The notes beneath the pieces were generated by a model. The model searched no databases and was not told the DNA's origin. It saw only the letters and a list, made by a program, of their open reading frames with translations. DNA of 63,026 nucleotides, counting the filler, from Octopus bimaculoides (lineage: Eukaryota), in assembly GCF_001194135.2 (NCBI RefSeq). It is 5 parts of 5 records of this genome, joined end to end, with 100 filler letters (N's around TTAATTAATTAA, not from the genome) between each part and the next. Parts side by side here need not be neighbours in the genome. Positions count along the whole stretch, not along the records: positions 1 to 29,332 come from NC_069004.1; 4 more parts are not named here. One strand, written 5' to 3'. Both the position numbers and the translations under genes were made by a program. Below, one piece after another: positions 1 to 11,480 of this stretch. Position 1 is the stretch's first letter; every line of letters starts with the position of its first letter.

Positions 1-110
1 CTACAAACATAAAAACATGTATTCATATACACACATACGTACGTACATACATACATACATACACACACATACATACACACATACATACATACATACATAC
101 ATACATACAT
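1..110. repeat. (TACA)n/(CA)n microsatellite, representative of dozens of simple repeats across the window (CA, TA, TACA, TATC, GA, CTGT, AAT, GAA)
   Basis: Directly visible tandem units. Confidence 0.95.
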
Positions 111-1232
111 GATTATATTGGGAGGGAAAGATTGTGGAAGAGCGGATGAGAAATGTTGTATAAGTTTCATACCACTTCAGAAACGTTAGAGCTGAATAGA
201 AAGCTAGAGGAAGGCGGAGGGGCAGAAGAAGAAAGAGGAGATGATGGCAGTTTAAGACGCTATTGTTTATAGTGTCGTCTGGTTCAGTGAAATTTCTTTT
301 CGAATTCTTTTTTGGTTATGTCGAAACGGAAGGGAGGAAAAGGTGTCGTAGGTGTTAGAATAACCATTAATTGGATATCATTGTAGAAAATAGGATATTT
401 GATTCCCTCAGAGGGTGGTTATATTATAGTGTAGTGTGATGGGGAGGGAAATAGTTGTGTTGGGTGGGGTGTAACTTTGAAAGGGGGTGAATGGTAAGGG
501 TTAGGGACTTGAACTATGTTATCCAACTATCCTATTTCAAGTGAATGATGATAACCAATTGGTATTTGGGATATAAAATAATAAATAATAAATAGATAAA
601 TAATTCATTCAACGGAAGAGTTTATTACGGGTGTCCGAATCTTCGTCTAATGAGAGAGAAAAGGAGAGAGAGAAAGAGATGTGAGTGTGTATGCACGTGT
701 GTTTATGTATGAGTGTGTTGAGCTGAATGTGTGTGGGTACGTGAGTGAGAAAGAGAATGAGAGGGAGAGAGAGGGACAAAAAGAAACAGTGAGTATGTAC
801 GTACGTGTGCTTGTGTACGAGTGTGTTGTGCTGAGTGTGTTGTGCTGTGCGTGTGCGTGTATGTGTACATGTGTGTGATTGAGTGATTGAGAGAAAGAGA
901 GAGAGAGAGAGAGAGAGGGGGGGAAGAGACAGTAAGAAAGATGTAGCTCTGGATATATAGATAGAAATACACATGCATTTATTAGTGTACATATGCATCC
1001 TATACTAATAATCTGAAACAACCTTCTACATCTAATACTTCTTGCTCATGTAAATGTTTTAATCCTGTAAATTTTTTCATTAAATGATTGATATCGTTCG
1101 AAATCAATAATTTATTGTGTAAAATTATGCATAGACGATAATTCAATATGCAATTATTCCGGGTTAACCGAAAATATTTTAACGGTTGATTTAATCAGCA
1201 CCGACATCCTTTCATAAACATGTTTATGAATA

Positions 1233-1388
1233 GGCGTGGCTGTGTGGTAAAAAGCTTGTTTCCCAACCACATGGTTTAGGATTCAGTCTCACTGCGTGGC
1301 ACTTCGAGCAGGTGTTTTCTACTATAGTCCCGTGCCAACCAAAGACTTGTGAGTGAATTTAGTAGACGGAAACTGAAAGAAGCCTGTC
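1233..1388 (+). mobile_element. tRNA-derived SINE, family A (octopus-type), 5' half
   Basis: GGCGTGGCTGTGTGGTAA A-box-like head, GGATTCAGTC B-box-like motif, then GTAGACGGAAACTGAAAGAAGCC. Same family as the copies at 21645-22068 and 29672-30029. Confidence 0.85.
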
Positions 1389-1414
1389 ATATATACATAT
1401 ATATATATATATTA

Positions 1415-1462
1415 GGTATTTATCACCCTTCTTATCATCTTTATCACTCTTCTTGTGAAGTA
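1415..1462 (-). mobile_element. Short RTE RT remnant, probable continuation of the inverted piece at 2840-3096
   Basis: Minus strand reads LLHKKSDKDD-KKGDK, matching the RTE 'ILLHKKGDK' motif where the 2840-3096 fragment stops (STILLH). Confidence 0.4.
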
Positions 1463-2839
1463 ATTTGGCCTCCAATAGATTAATACTGACAGGGATCGTA
1501 CACTCCTCCTGTGGATTGCATTTCCTCATTAGTAGAGACAAGATCAAACTAACTACAGAAGAATTGCACTTTCCAATATCTCACTCAAAGTCATCAACCG
1601 AATGATCCTCAACAAGATTCAACCAGTGCTTCATAGCCATCTGAGACCAAATCAAAATGTATTTAGACCAGGGAGATCCACCACATCTCAGGCGTGTCAC
1701 AGGAGGAGTTAAATCAAGACAGCTACCTGCCATTATAATCTTCGTGGATTTCAGCAAAGCATTTAACAGCATCTATCGTTACAAAACGTTGAAGATTCTT
1801 CGAGCATATGATATTCCAGAAGAAATAGTTCTTGCCATTGCAAAAATCCACGAGAAGACCAGAGCGCGTGTGTTGTAATCTGACGGAGAAACGGAATTCT
1901 TTCAAATAGTAGCTGGGATCCTATAAGGAGATACGCTTGCACCATATCTGTTTGCAACTGTATTGGATTATGCAATGCGGCAGGCTATAGACAACGATGA
2001 CGAAGACCTTGATTCATCATAAACCAGCAAAGATCGCTGAGAGCACCAGCAGTAACCATCATAGAGCTGGACCTCGCAGATGATACAGCACTCATATCTA
2101 ATGAAATCAAGCTCAACACCTGCTTAGCAGAGTAGAAACATCAGCTACTAAGATAGGACTGCATCAGCTACTAAAATAGGACTGCATACAAATGTCAAGA
2201 GAACAGAATACATGTCTTTCTATCGTTCAGGTGATACTGAACTGTTGCTTTGAGCAGTTCCAAATTGAATGTTACTGAAGGCTTTTAGTACTTAGGTGGT
2301 TGGGTGAGCAGTTCAGAAGCATACATCAAGATCAGGAAGGCACAAGCATGGACAGCCTGTAACAAACTAAAGAAAGTATGGAAATCCAAATTGCCCGGGC
2401 AAATCAAAATCAAGCTATTCATTGCAACTGTCGAATCAGCGCTATTATATGACAGTGGAACATGGACACTGACAAAGAAATTATTAAACGGGCTAAATGG
2501 ATGCTACGAATGGCTCTGTGAAATGGCAGCAACATATGACAAACAAGTGTCTTTATGGAGACCGGCTGGAATTTAGCGAGAAGATCAGGCAAAGACGACT
2601 GCGGCAATCTAGTCTTTGTGTGCACCACCCTGAGATGGAAGCATTTAAATTAGTCTAGTGGAATTCATTTCATGGTAATGTAAGAAGAGGAAAACGTCGT
2701 CACACTTACATTGACAACTTGATTGTAGACATTGACCTGAAATGTATCCAGGACATCGAAGCAGTGGTGATGGACCGAGAAGTATGGTGAGTAGACTTTG
2801 TTGCTGCGGCCCGGATTGGAACCCGGCAATAACAGATAA
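1463..2839 (+). mobile_element. 5'-truncated RTE/RTE-X-like LINE, decayed reverse transcriptase
   Basis: Frameshifted RT motifs: NYRRIAL..KVINRMILNKIQ, IFVDFSKAFNSI, GIL*GDTLAPYLF, DLADDTALI, ESALLYDSGTWTLT. Contains a 23-bp tandem duplication at 2139-2184. Confidence 0.85.
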
Positions 2840-3096
2840 TTATGAAGTAGGATGGTGCTTGACTCTTTCCACAATGAGGGCATTTTGCCTTCCTTCAGAG
2901 AGAGATTGGATCATAAAACGAGGATTCTCCACAGCTCTTCACCTCCGTATCTTAACATCTCAGTTGTGATGCCATCTTTCCCAGGAGCTTTGTTTGTTGT
3001 CATCAGTTTAAAGGCATTTTCAATTTCACTGATCAAAATAGGTGGCACTTCTTCCAACATTTGTAGCGGTGTGGGATCAATTATACATTCACTCTA
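2840..3096 (-). mobile_element. Inverted 5' segment of an RTE-1-like LINE
   Basis: Minus strand reads VPPILISEIENAFKLMTTNKAPGKDGITTEMLRYGGEELW...MPSLWKESSTILLH, the region just upstream of the RT core. Confidence 0.85.
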
Positions 3097-4506
3097 AAGC
3101 TAGTAAAACAAGCGAACGAATACAAGACTCCTCTGTGCATCGCTTTCATTGATTACGAAAGGGCCTTCAATAGCGTCGAGATGAACGCAGTGTCTAACTC
3201 TCTGGAAATGTAAAGTGTCAAAGTGCAATGAATCAAAGCGCTCAGATGAGATCTTCGGATACATAACAGATACAGCTTTGCTACCACCATCTGTAAGCGT
3301 CCCAACCAAGAAGGGTGTCAAGCAAGGAGATATCATATTTCCAAAGCTCTTTACTGCATGTCTAGAAATGGAATCAAGGATATCGACTGGACAGGTGGCA
3401 TGGGCATCAGTAGCGAAGAACTAACAGTCCTTCGATTCGCAGATGACATTGTACTCATCGCTGAAAGCACAGACCATTAAAACAAAATATATGCGGTTGA
3501 AAGATGTAGCACAAGGCCGAATAAAGGTGCAAAGCGATAAAATCGAGGAGGTAAGGGAGTACGTCTACACATACATTTTTCCTTCACCTTTTACATATTT
3601 CAGTCATTCGACTGTGGTCATGCTGAACACCACCTTGAAGGCGAACGAATAAACTACAGTATTAATGTCTTTTTAAGCCTGGTACATATTCTATCGATTC
3701 CTTTTACCGGTAAGTTATGGAGACGTAAACAAAACAACTCTGGCTGTTAAACGGTGGCGGGGGACAAATACAAACACATAGACACACACACACATAGACA
3801 CACACACACATAGACACACACACACACACATAGACACACACACACATAGACACATACACACATAGACACACACACACGTACATATATGTGTACTCACTAT
3901 ATGTGAGTACACATATAGTGAGTACAAGTGAGTACACAGTGAATACGCGCCGAGATATGGATGCTGAAATCTAAGAGAATAAAGACAGTTTGGAAGGCGT
4001 TTAACTCCATAAAGGATGTACTCCAAACAAACATAGACAATGCCATAGATGCCAAACTCTTTAATAGCACCGCCCTACCGGCTCTCTTATATGCAAGTGA
4101 GACGTGGGCTACTACGAAGAGGAAAGAACAATGATTGGCTACGACGCAAAGGGCCATGAAAAGGTCCATGCTAAGAATAACATTAAGAGAGCATATTTGA
4201 AATGAGATAATTCGAGAACGGAGTGGAATGAACGATGTGATCGCAGAGAATCGAAAGCACAAGTTCCGCTGGGCCGAACATGTCGCAAGTCTCACAGACA
4301 ATAGGTGATCCATGTAGTTGCCGAGTGGTATCCAAGAGATCGGAGAAGGCGATTTGCAAGGTCTCCACGATGACGTGAAGACGATTTAGTTGCCAAGCAA
4401 TTTGGGTGAAGATGGAAAAGACTGGCGCAGTCACGACAGATTGGAAGCGAATTGTGATCAGAAGTGTGTAACAGTATCTGATGGTCTGGTCAATACTGTG
4501 ATACTA
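3097..4506 (+). mobile_element. RTE-1-like LINE, RT core to 3' end, interrupted at ~3566-3930
   Basis: ANEYKTPLCIAFIDYERAFNSVE, KGVKQGDIIFPKLF, LRFADDIVLI, EEVREYVY | VNTRRDMDAEI, PALLYASETW, KFRWAEHV. Multiple stops and frameshifts. Confidence 0.9.
3566..3884 (-). mobile_element. SINE family A 3' half plus microsatellite, left arm of an inverted duplication
   Basis: Reverse complement of 4527-4859. SINE tail motif CAGCATGACCACAGTCGAATGACTGAAA on the minus strand. Confidence 0.85.
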
Positions 4507-4526
4507 TATAAAATATAAAATGTATG

Positions 4527-4859
4527 TATGTACGTGTGTGTGTGTCAATGTGTGTGTGTGTCTATGTGTGTGTGTGTCTATGTGTGTGTGTGTGTCTATG
4601 TGTGTGTGTGTCTATGTGTGTGTGTGTCTATGTGTGTGTGTGTCTATGTGTGTGTATTTGTCCCCCGCCACCGTTTAACAGCCAGAGTTGTTTTGTTTAC
4701 GTCTCCATAACTTACCGGTAAAAGGAATCGATAGAATATGTACCAGGCTTAAAAAGACATTAATACTGTAGTTTATTCGTTCGCCTTCAAGGTGGTGTTC
4801 AGCATGACCACAGTCGAATGACTGAAATATGTAAAAGGTGAAGGAAAAATGTATGTGTA
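4527..4859 (+). mobile_element. SINE family A 3' half plus microsatellite, right arm of an inverted duplication
   Basis: Same diverged SINE 3' half. The non-microsatellite part is identical to the left arm by eye. Confidence 0.85.
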
Positions 4860-5398
4860 TGTGTGTGTGTGTAAATACATGTACATACATGCATAATGCA
4901 TACATACATATATGGTCTCTGAGAAAGAACAATGCGGTACCAAACTTTAGAAACAGGGTACGGTGGGTTGGTTATTTATACCCTGAACAAACGTTCGAAA
5001 ATTGGCATTTTTATCGCCTCAAATCAAAACATTTTAAGAAATGTTTTGAAATACCTGACAGTCATGCAACTCAACAACCTACCTTTCAAATAAATAAAGA
5101 TAAACAAAAGTTAAAAAATAAAAATTTCTTCAGTCGCCGTGAACAAAAATTTGGCTACTTTTGTCATCATAAATAAAAGACAAGCAAGCTAGCGATAGCC
5201 TTGTAGAATAAGATCCCGGCTTCAAAAAGTTTTATATCATATTAACATGCCCATTCAGTGTTTTTTGTTATTTATCTTGTAAATACAAAATTGTCTCATT
5301 TATTTCATTGACTGCTGGCAAAATCGCTAAAACAGGAAACTAATAGTCGTAGTGTGTGTAATTTCAAACTAAAGTATAATGCATAACCCACTCTAGAT

Positions 5399-5434
<36 letters not shown>

Positions 5435-6100
5435 TGTGTATGTGTACTTTTTCACACACACACACACACACGCGCACGCACGCACGCACACACACACACA
5501 CACGTATACACACACACACACACACATGCATACATACTTGTACTCTAAAAGGAAAAGAAAAATGAAAGATTGCCTGTGTCATCGACTTACGTGTGTGGGG
5601 CAACTAAGAAATAAATAATATACAAAAAGAATAAAAGAACAAAGAAACAAGTACATGAATGTATAACTTGTCTCAGACAAAAGCAGAAAATATATGGATA
5701 GAAGGGTTGAAGGTTCGGTTTCCGCCCGAAGCCTGAACTGGCTTATAACATTTAAGTTTGGGTATGATAAAAGAACCTGGTTAACATAAAATATGGCTTC
5801 AATAGGTTTCGTGTCGGTACTGTATTGCTCTATCGGGAATTCTTCATGCATGTGTGTGTGGCCACACACACACACACACTTAAATACGATGTGAACATTT
5901 CCTTTTTTTCACCAATACTTTCATTTAATGATTACGTACAACAACTACCTTTATTTATTTAAAAAAATGTCTCTAACTTAAACAAGTTTCAAATTTTAAA
6001 GGTTTTCAGGTTTCGAAATTTCGTATATACATAATTAATTCGATACAAATAATCAATGAAAGACAAGATATTTATAATTAATTCCTCAATGCCTAATGCA

Positions 6101-6330
6101 TTAATCCTTTCATTACTATATTTCTTTCAAACTACACTGCTTTTGCTTTAATCAATTTCGAAAATAATGAAGAATTTAATCATATAGCCTTGTCAATATT
6201 AAGCTGGTATTTGGAACATAATCTGACATGAAATTTTGATAGGAGGTTATAAATTAGATCACTTTAAAACAGCAGGTTTGTACCATAAGAACCAGGGCAG
6301 TTTCTGGCAGATTGGTATTAAAAAGGTTAA
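6101..6330. mobile_element. MITE with TTAA-CCCTTT-type termini (piggyBac-like end signature)
   Basis: TTAATCCTTT...AAAAGGTTAA termini. Body is homologous to the reverse complement of 39278-39495. Confidence 0.65.
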
Positions 6331-6494
6331 ATAGATCAACTTCACTCTTTCATCTAACCAGGGTGAATAAAATAAAGCCCCAGTCATGTCCTGGAGTTGA
6401 TTTAGCAAGATAATTATAATAGATGAAGAGTATTTTAACAGTCAACTTACTCTAATTTCTAGATGTTTGTTCAGCTATCAAACGCACAGACACA

Positions 6495-6534
<40 letters not shown>

Positions 6535-6539
6535 TTGCA

Positions 6540-7240
6540 AGATTCTTGATGTGAAATCGTGTGTGGAAACAGACAATTGTTGTATTTGGGGATGGTCATG
6601 TTGCCAGTTTAGCCAATAAAAACACACGCACTATATATTTAGTGTTAATTTGCTTCAGCTTTATATTACAATAATCGTATTTCGGCCAGAGTTCTTTCGT
6701 CACACTTCTGTGATCTCATCAGTGGTCCTTTGCTTTCTTCTTTCTTATTTGTGTGTCCCTCCTTACTAACGATCAGCCATTTTGTATTTTGTATTCCTAT
6801 TGTATGTGTCTATATTTTCGCATGCGTATCCCTCTATGTGTGTCTATGTTTGTCTATGTTTAGTAAGTGCATGTGTATGTATGGGGAGTGCCTGTATTAT
6901 CTGTATCCCTTGTTTATACATGTTCGCTTAATTTGTTTTTATTTATTTGTTCATGTGTTTATACCTACTTTTTTGTATTCAATTTTAATTTAATTTTGTT
7001 AACGTATGTAGTTAATTCCATTTGTTTTTCTGTGTATTGTATTATATTTTGTTCATATTGTTATCAGTTTATGGGGATTTTATCGTCATATGTTGTGGTT
7101 TGTTGGGGGTTTGTGCTAGTGTTCCATTCCAGTTACCTATTCGGGCTAGGTTTATCTTCTATTATGTGTGTACCTTCTGTAATTTGTCTAAGCGCTGCGT
7201 CTGTTCTATGTGTGGACAAGATTTTAATTTCTATGCTGCT
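6540..7240 (-). mobile_element. Penelope-like element 3' fragment: GIY-YIG C-terminus, A-rich 3' region and hammerhead
   Basis: Minus strand ~7240-7120 reads SSIEIKILSTHRTDAALRQITEGTH...PNR*LEWN, resembling the PLE endonuclease C-terminal 'RQI.E...LNR..EW' motif. Hammerhead lies downstream. Confidence 0.65.
6684..6728 (-). ncRNA. Minimal type I hammerhead ribozyme
   Basis: GGACCA-CTGATGA-GATCACA gaag TGTGAC-GAA-AG aa CT-C-TGGCC. All core nucleotides present, stems I and II pair, predicted cleavage after CUC (6689/6688). Confidence 0.75.
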
Positions 7241-7322
7241 GAACCGCTAAATTATGGGGACGTATACACACCAACATCGGTTGTCAAGCGATGGTGTGGG
7301 GGCAAACACAGACACAACCCCC
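7241..7322 (-). mobile_element. SINE family A internal fragment
   Basis: GAACCGCTAAATTATGGGGACG...CATCGGTTGTCAAGCGATGG matches the family A body. Confidence 0.75.
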
Positions 7323-7363
<41 letters not shown>

Positions 7364-7367
7364 ATAC

Positions 7368-7416
<49 letters not shown>

Positions 7417-8115
7417 NNNNNNNNNNNNNNNNNNNNNNNNNNNNNNNNNNNNNNNNNNNNNNNNNNNNNNNNNNNNNNNNNNNNNNNNNNNNNNNNNNNN
7501 NNNNNNNNNNNNNNNNNNNNNNNNNNNNNNNNNNNNNNNNNNNNNNNNNNNNNNNNNNNNNNNNNNNNNNNNNNNNNNNNNNNNNNNNNNNNNNNNNNNN
7601 NNNNNNNNNNNNNNNNNNNNNNNNNNNNNNNNNNNNNNNNNNNNNNNNNNNNNNNNNNNNNNNNNNNNNNNNNNNNNNNNNNNNNNNNNNNNNNNNNNNN
7701 NNNNNNNNNNNNNNNNNNNNNNNNNNNNNNNNNNNNNNNNNNNNNNNNNNNNNNNNNNNNNNNNNNNNNNNNNNNNNNNNNNNNNNNNNNNNNNNNNNNN
7801 NNNNNNNNNNNNNNNNNNNNNNNNNNNNNNNNNNNNNNNNNNNNNNNNNNNNNNNNNNNNNNNNNNNNNNNNNNNNNNNNNNNNNNNNNNNNNNNNNNNN
7901 NNNNNNNNNNNNNNNNNNNNNNNNNNNNNNNNNNNNNNNNNNNNNNNNNNNNNNNNNNNNNNNNNNNNNNNNNNNNNNNNNNNNNNNNNNNNNNNNNNNN
8001 NNNNNNNNNNNNNNNNNNNNNNNNNNNNNNNNNNNNNNNNNNNNNNNNNNNNNNNNNNNNNNNNNNNNNNNNNNNNNNNNNNNNNNNNNNNNNNNNNNNN
8101 NNNNNNNNNNNNNNN

Positions 8116-8180
<65 letters not shown>

Positions 8181-9091
8181 CCTGACGCATGTTTCGTAAA
8201 TGAGTAAAAGAAAGACAGAGGAAGAAAGTAGAAAATACAGAACGATAATGAAAACTATTATGAGGATGGAAAGAAAGAGACATAAATGTACACCAAAGTA
8301 TAAAACAGCGTGTGGGTGGGTGTTGAGGGGGAGAGGTTAATAACAATCACCCTGGTGTCTAATTAAGCGTGTACTCAAATTTTACCACACTTCGTAGCAC
8401 GTGTGTGCTGGATCGTAAGTGAGCCGGTGCCATCCTGCCACACACGTCAAGCCAACATCATCAGCCAACTGTCACAAATGACCACCATCATTGCTTGTCC
8501 ACCATCAACTATTCTTGTTTTTGATTTCCCTTTTCAGACCAGTTTAGGTCAAACTGATCTGCACTGACACTTTGGTTAACTTTACTGATTGTGTTGTACA
8601 CTTGGAGGAAGTTTACGCGATATCTACGTGTGCAAATCACCGCGTAGTTGCTTAAATAGATATATTAAAGACCCTACTATTAAAAGTACCTGTGCCATTT
8701 TGATGTCAGTGTGACTTGAATCCTTTTAAAAGGAGAATCTTCAATTGAAAAATAAATAAATAAATAAATAAATAAATAAATACCTGTGAAAAACAAAATA
8801 CAGAATCAAACTTTCGTTGCTTTTACCTGCTGGTTTTCAAATTTGAATCCACTTCTATCAGCATTTCGTTCAATTGAACCTTTTTGTTTTGTTAGCTTTT
8901 AAACACTCCGAAAAAAAAAAAAATTTTAGTCTACGAATTGCAAAGATAACATTGGACAACAATTAAAGAAAAATTTCTGTTGCATGAGATTTTTTTTTTT
9001 ACTGATTCTGTCTTTTTGTGTTAATTGCAAATCTGTAATCGGTTTTGCTCTCTATGTTCTAGTTTTCTTGCAATTTCAAGATTAACTTCTT

Positions 9092-9605
9092 ATATTCTTT
9101 TATTCTTTTCAGTCATTTGACTGTGGCCATGCTGGGGCATCACCTTTNNNNNNNNNNNNNNNNNNNNNNNNNNNNNNNNNNNNNNNNNNNNNNNNNNNNN
9201 NNNNNNNNNNNNNNNNNNNNNNNNNNNNNNNNNNNNNNNNNNNNNNNNNNNNNNNNNNNNNNNNNNNNNNNNNNNNNNNNNNNNNNNNNNNNNNNNNNNN
9301 NNNNNNNNNNNNNNNNNNNNNNNNNNNNNNNNNNNNNNNNNNNNNNNNNNNNNNNNNNNNNNNNNNNNNNNNNNNNNNNNNNNNNNNNNNNNNNNNNNNN
9401 NNNNNNNNNNNNNNNNNNATATATATATATATATATATATATATATACGACGGGCTTCTTTCAGTTTCTGTCTACCAAATCCACTCACAAGGCTTTGGTC
9501 AACCTGAGGCTATAGAAGAAAATGTTTGCCCAAGGTGCCATGCAGCGGAACTGAACCCGGAACCATGTGGTTGGAAAGCAAGCTTCTTACCACACAGCTA
9601 CGCCT
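9092..9605 (-). mobile_element. SINE family A, near full length with an internal N gap
   Basis: Tail TTTCAGTCATTTGACTGTGGCCATGCTGG and head ACCACACAGCTACGCC on the plus strand. Confidence 0.85.
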
Positions 9606-9793
9606 TCTAAAAGGACTCAAGTAACACAGACATCAAGATGGCACAGGTACTTTTAATAGTAGGGTCTTTAATGTATCAATTTAAGCAACTGCGCGGTGAT
9701 TTACACGTGTGGGTATCACGTAAAAGTTGACATATTGAGTTACATATATCCTAGTTACAAGGAAGTGACAATTGTTTTTTTTCAGATCTGATC

Positions 9794-11480
9794 ATGGCGT
9801 CTTCAAGTAGACATAGATGTGTGACTAATCCTGATGGCTTCTGTTATGTCTGTGGCTCCTTCACACTTATTCGTCAAAGGTGCAATATCACATTATTTGT
9901 GAGACGGGCATATAAAGCCTATTTTGAAATTCCACCAGGCGACCAAGATAAAAAAAAATTGACCTCTCATGTTGTGTGTCGTATCTGTGAGGAAATGCTT
10001 TGTGACTGGACAAAAGAAAATGAAAGAGCCGGCCGTTTAGAGGTTCTATGGTTTGGCGAGAGCCCAGGGACCAGACAAATGACATTTATGTGTGGTCAAC
10101 ACAAAAGGCATCGGCAAGAAAATTAAGCGTAAAATATTCTATCCCAATATTCCTTCAACAATTAGACCTATTATGCACTCTGAGACACTCCAGATTCCAG
10201 TTTTCCTTGGGTTTACCTCTTCGGAAGGCGAAGTTAGCGAACAAGAGATCAAGGATGATAACGAAGATCAAGAAGTTACATCAGAATTCCAAGACATCTC
10301 TTGTGGTACAGAAAAATCAATTCCTCAACAGTTTAGCCAAGCAGGACTGAATGATTAATGTGTGATTTGGGAATCTCCAAGACTGTAGCTGAAGTTCTAG
10401 CAATCCAGGCTGCAAGAAAAACATTTACTTGACCAAACTACAAAAGTTTCTTAATTTTGAAAACGAGACCAGATTTTGTGTCATATTTTTCAGAAGAGAA
10501 ACACTTTGTTTACTGCCACGACATTTCCGGTCTCCTCTAGGAATTAGGAATCCCCGCGCACAGTTCAACTGACTGATAACTATTTCTAAATAGTTCTAAG
10601 CTTAGTCTAAAGTGTGTTCTCCTACACAATGGCAATGTTTATGGAGCTGCCCCAGTCGGTTTACTCAGTGCGTTTGCAAGAAGAATGCAATGGCATAAAA
10701 ATGGTTATTGACCAAGTGAAATATCACGAGCATAACTGGACCATTTGTGTATATTTGAAAATGGTCAGTTTCTTCCTCGGACAACAGAAAGATTTCACAA
10801 AGTATCCTTGCTATCTCTGCATTTGGGAGATCCGAGCTCGAGAAAAAATTTGAATTCAGAAGTGAGACTCTGGAAGTCGCGTCCCAAATATTGTGAATAA
10901 TCCAATTGTCATCCGAAAAAAGAATATTTTCCCACCACTCCGTATAAAGCTGGGTTTAATAAAGCAATTCACTACGACATTGAATACTGATAGTGAATGT
11001 TTTCAACACATAGCCTCTGCATTTCCTGGTTTGTCATTCAAGAAGATCAAAGCAGGTGTGTTGACGGACCTCAGATTTGTGCACTTGTACGTGATGAGGA
11101 ATTAGTCGGAAAGATGAATGACAAGGAAAGAGCAGCTGGCTTGTCATTCGTAAAAGTCATAAAAAATTTTCTTGGAAACAGAAAAGCAGATGACAATGAA
11201 ATTCTTGTAAATAATGTTTTCGGCTTTCCATGATCTTGGGTGTAACTCGAGCGTTAAACTCCATTTCATGCATAGTCACCTCGATTAATTCCCTGAAAAT
11301 CTTGGAGATGTAAGTGATGAACAAGGAGAGCGCTTCCACTAAGATCTCAGGACCATGGAAGTGCATTACCAAGGACCATGGGACAAAAACATGATGGCAG
11401 ACTACTGCTGGAGCATTAAACAACATTTCCCTGAGAAAGTCTACAAACGAAAGAGCTCCAAGCGCAAATTCTTGCCTGAA
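9794..11480 (+). pseudogene. Chapaev3-like transposase pseudogene
   Basis: C-X7-C-X2-C (CVTNPDGFCYVC), HVVCRIC, MVWREP, CVYLKMV, FPPLRIKLGL, DGPQI, SDEQGERFHQ-like and DYCWS motifs across frameshifted ORFs. Family assignment comes from recall of the Chapa zinc-finger pattern. Confidence 0.8.

Noticed and set aside
5579-5875. 98-aa minus-strand ORF with a non-repetitive middle
   Set aside because: It starts in a CA repeat, has no recognisable motif and no convincing splice sites.
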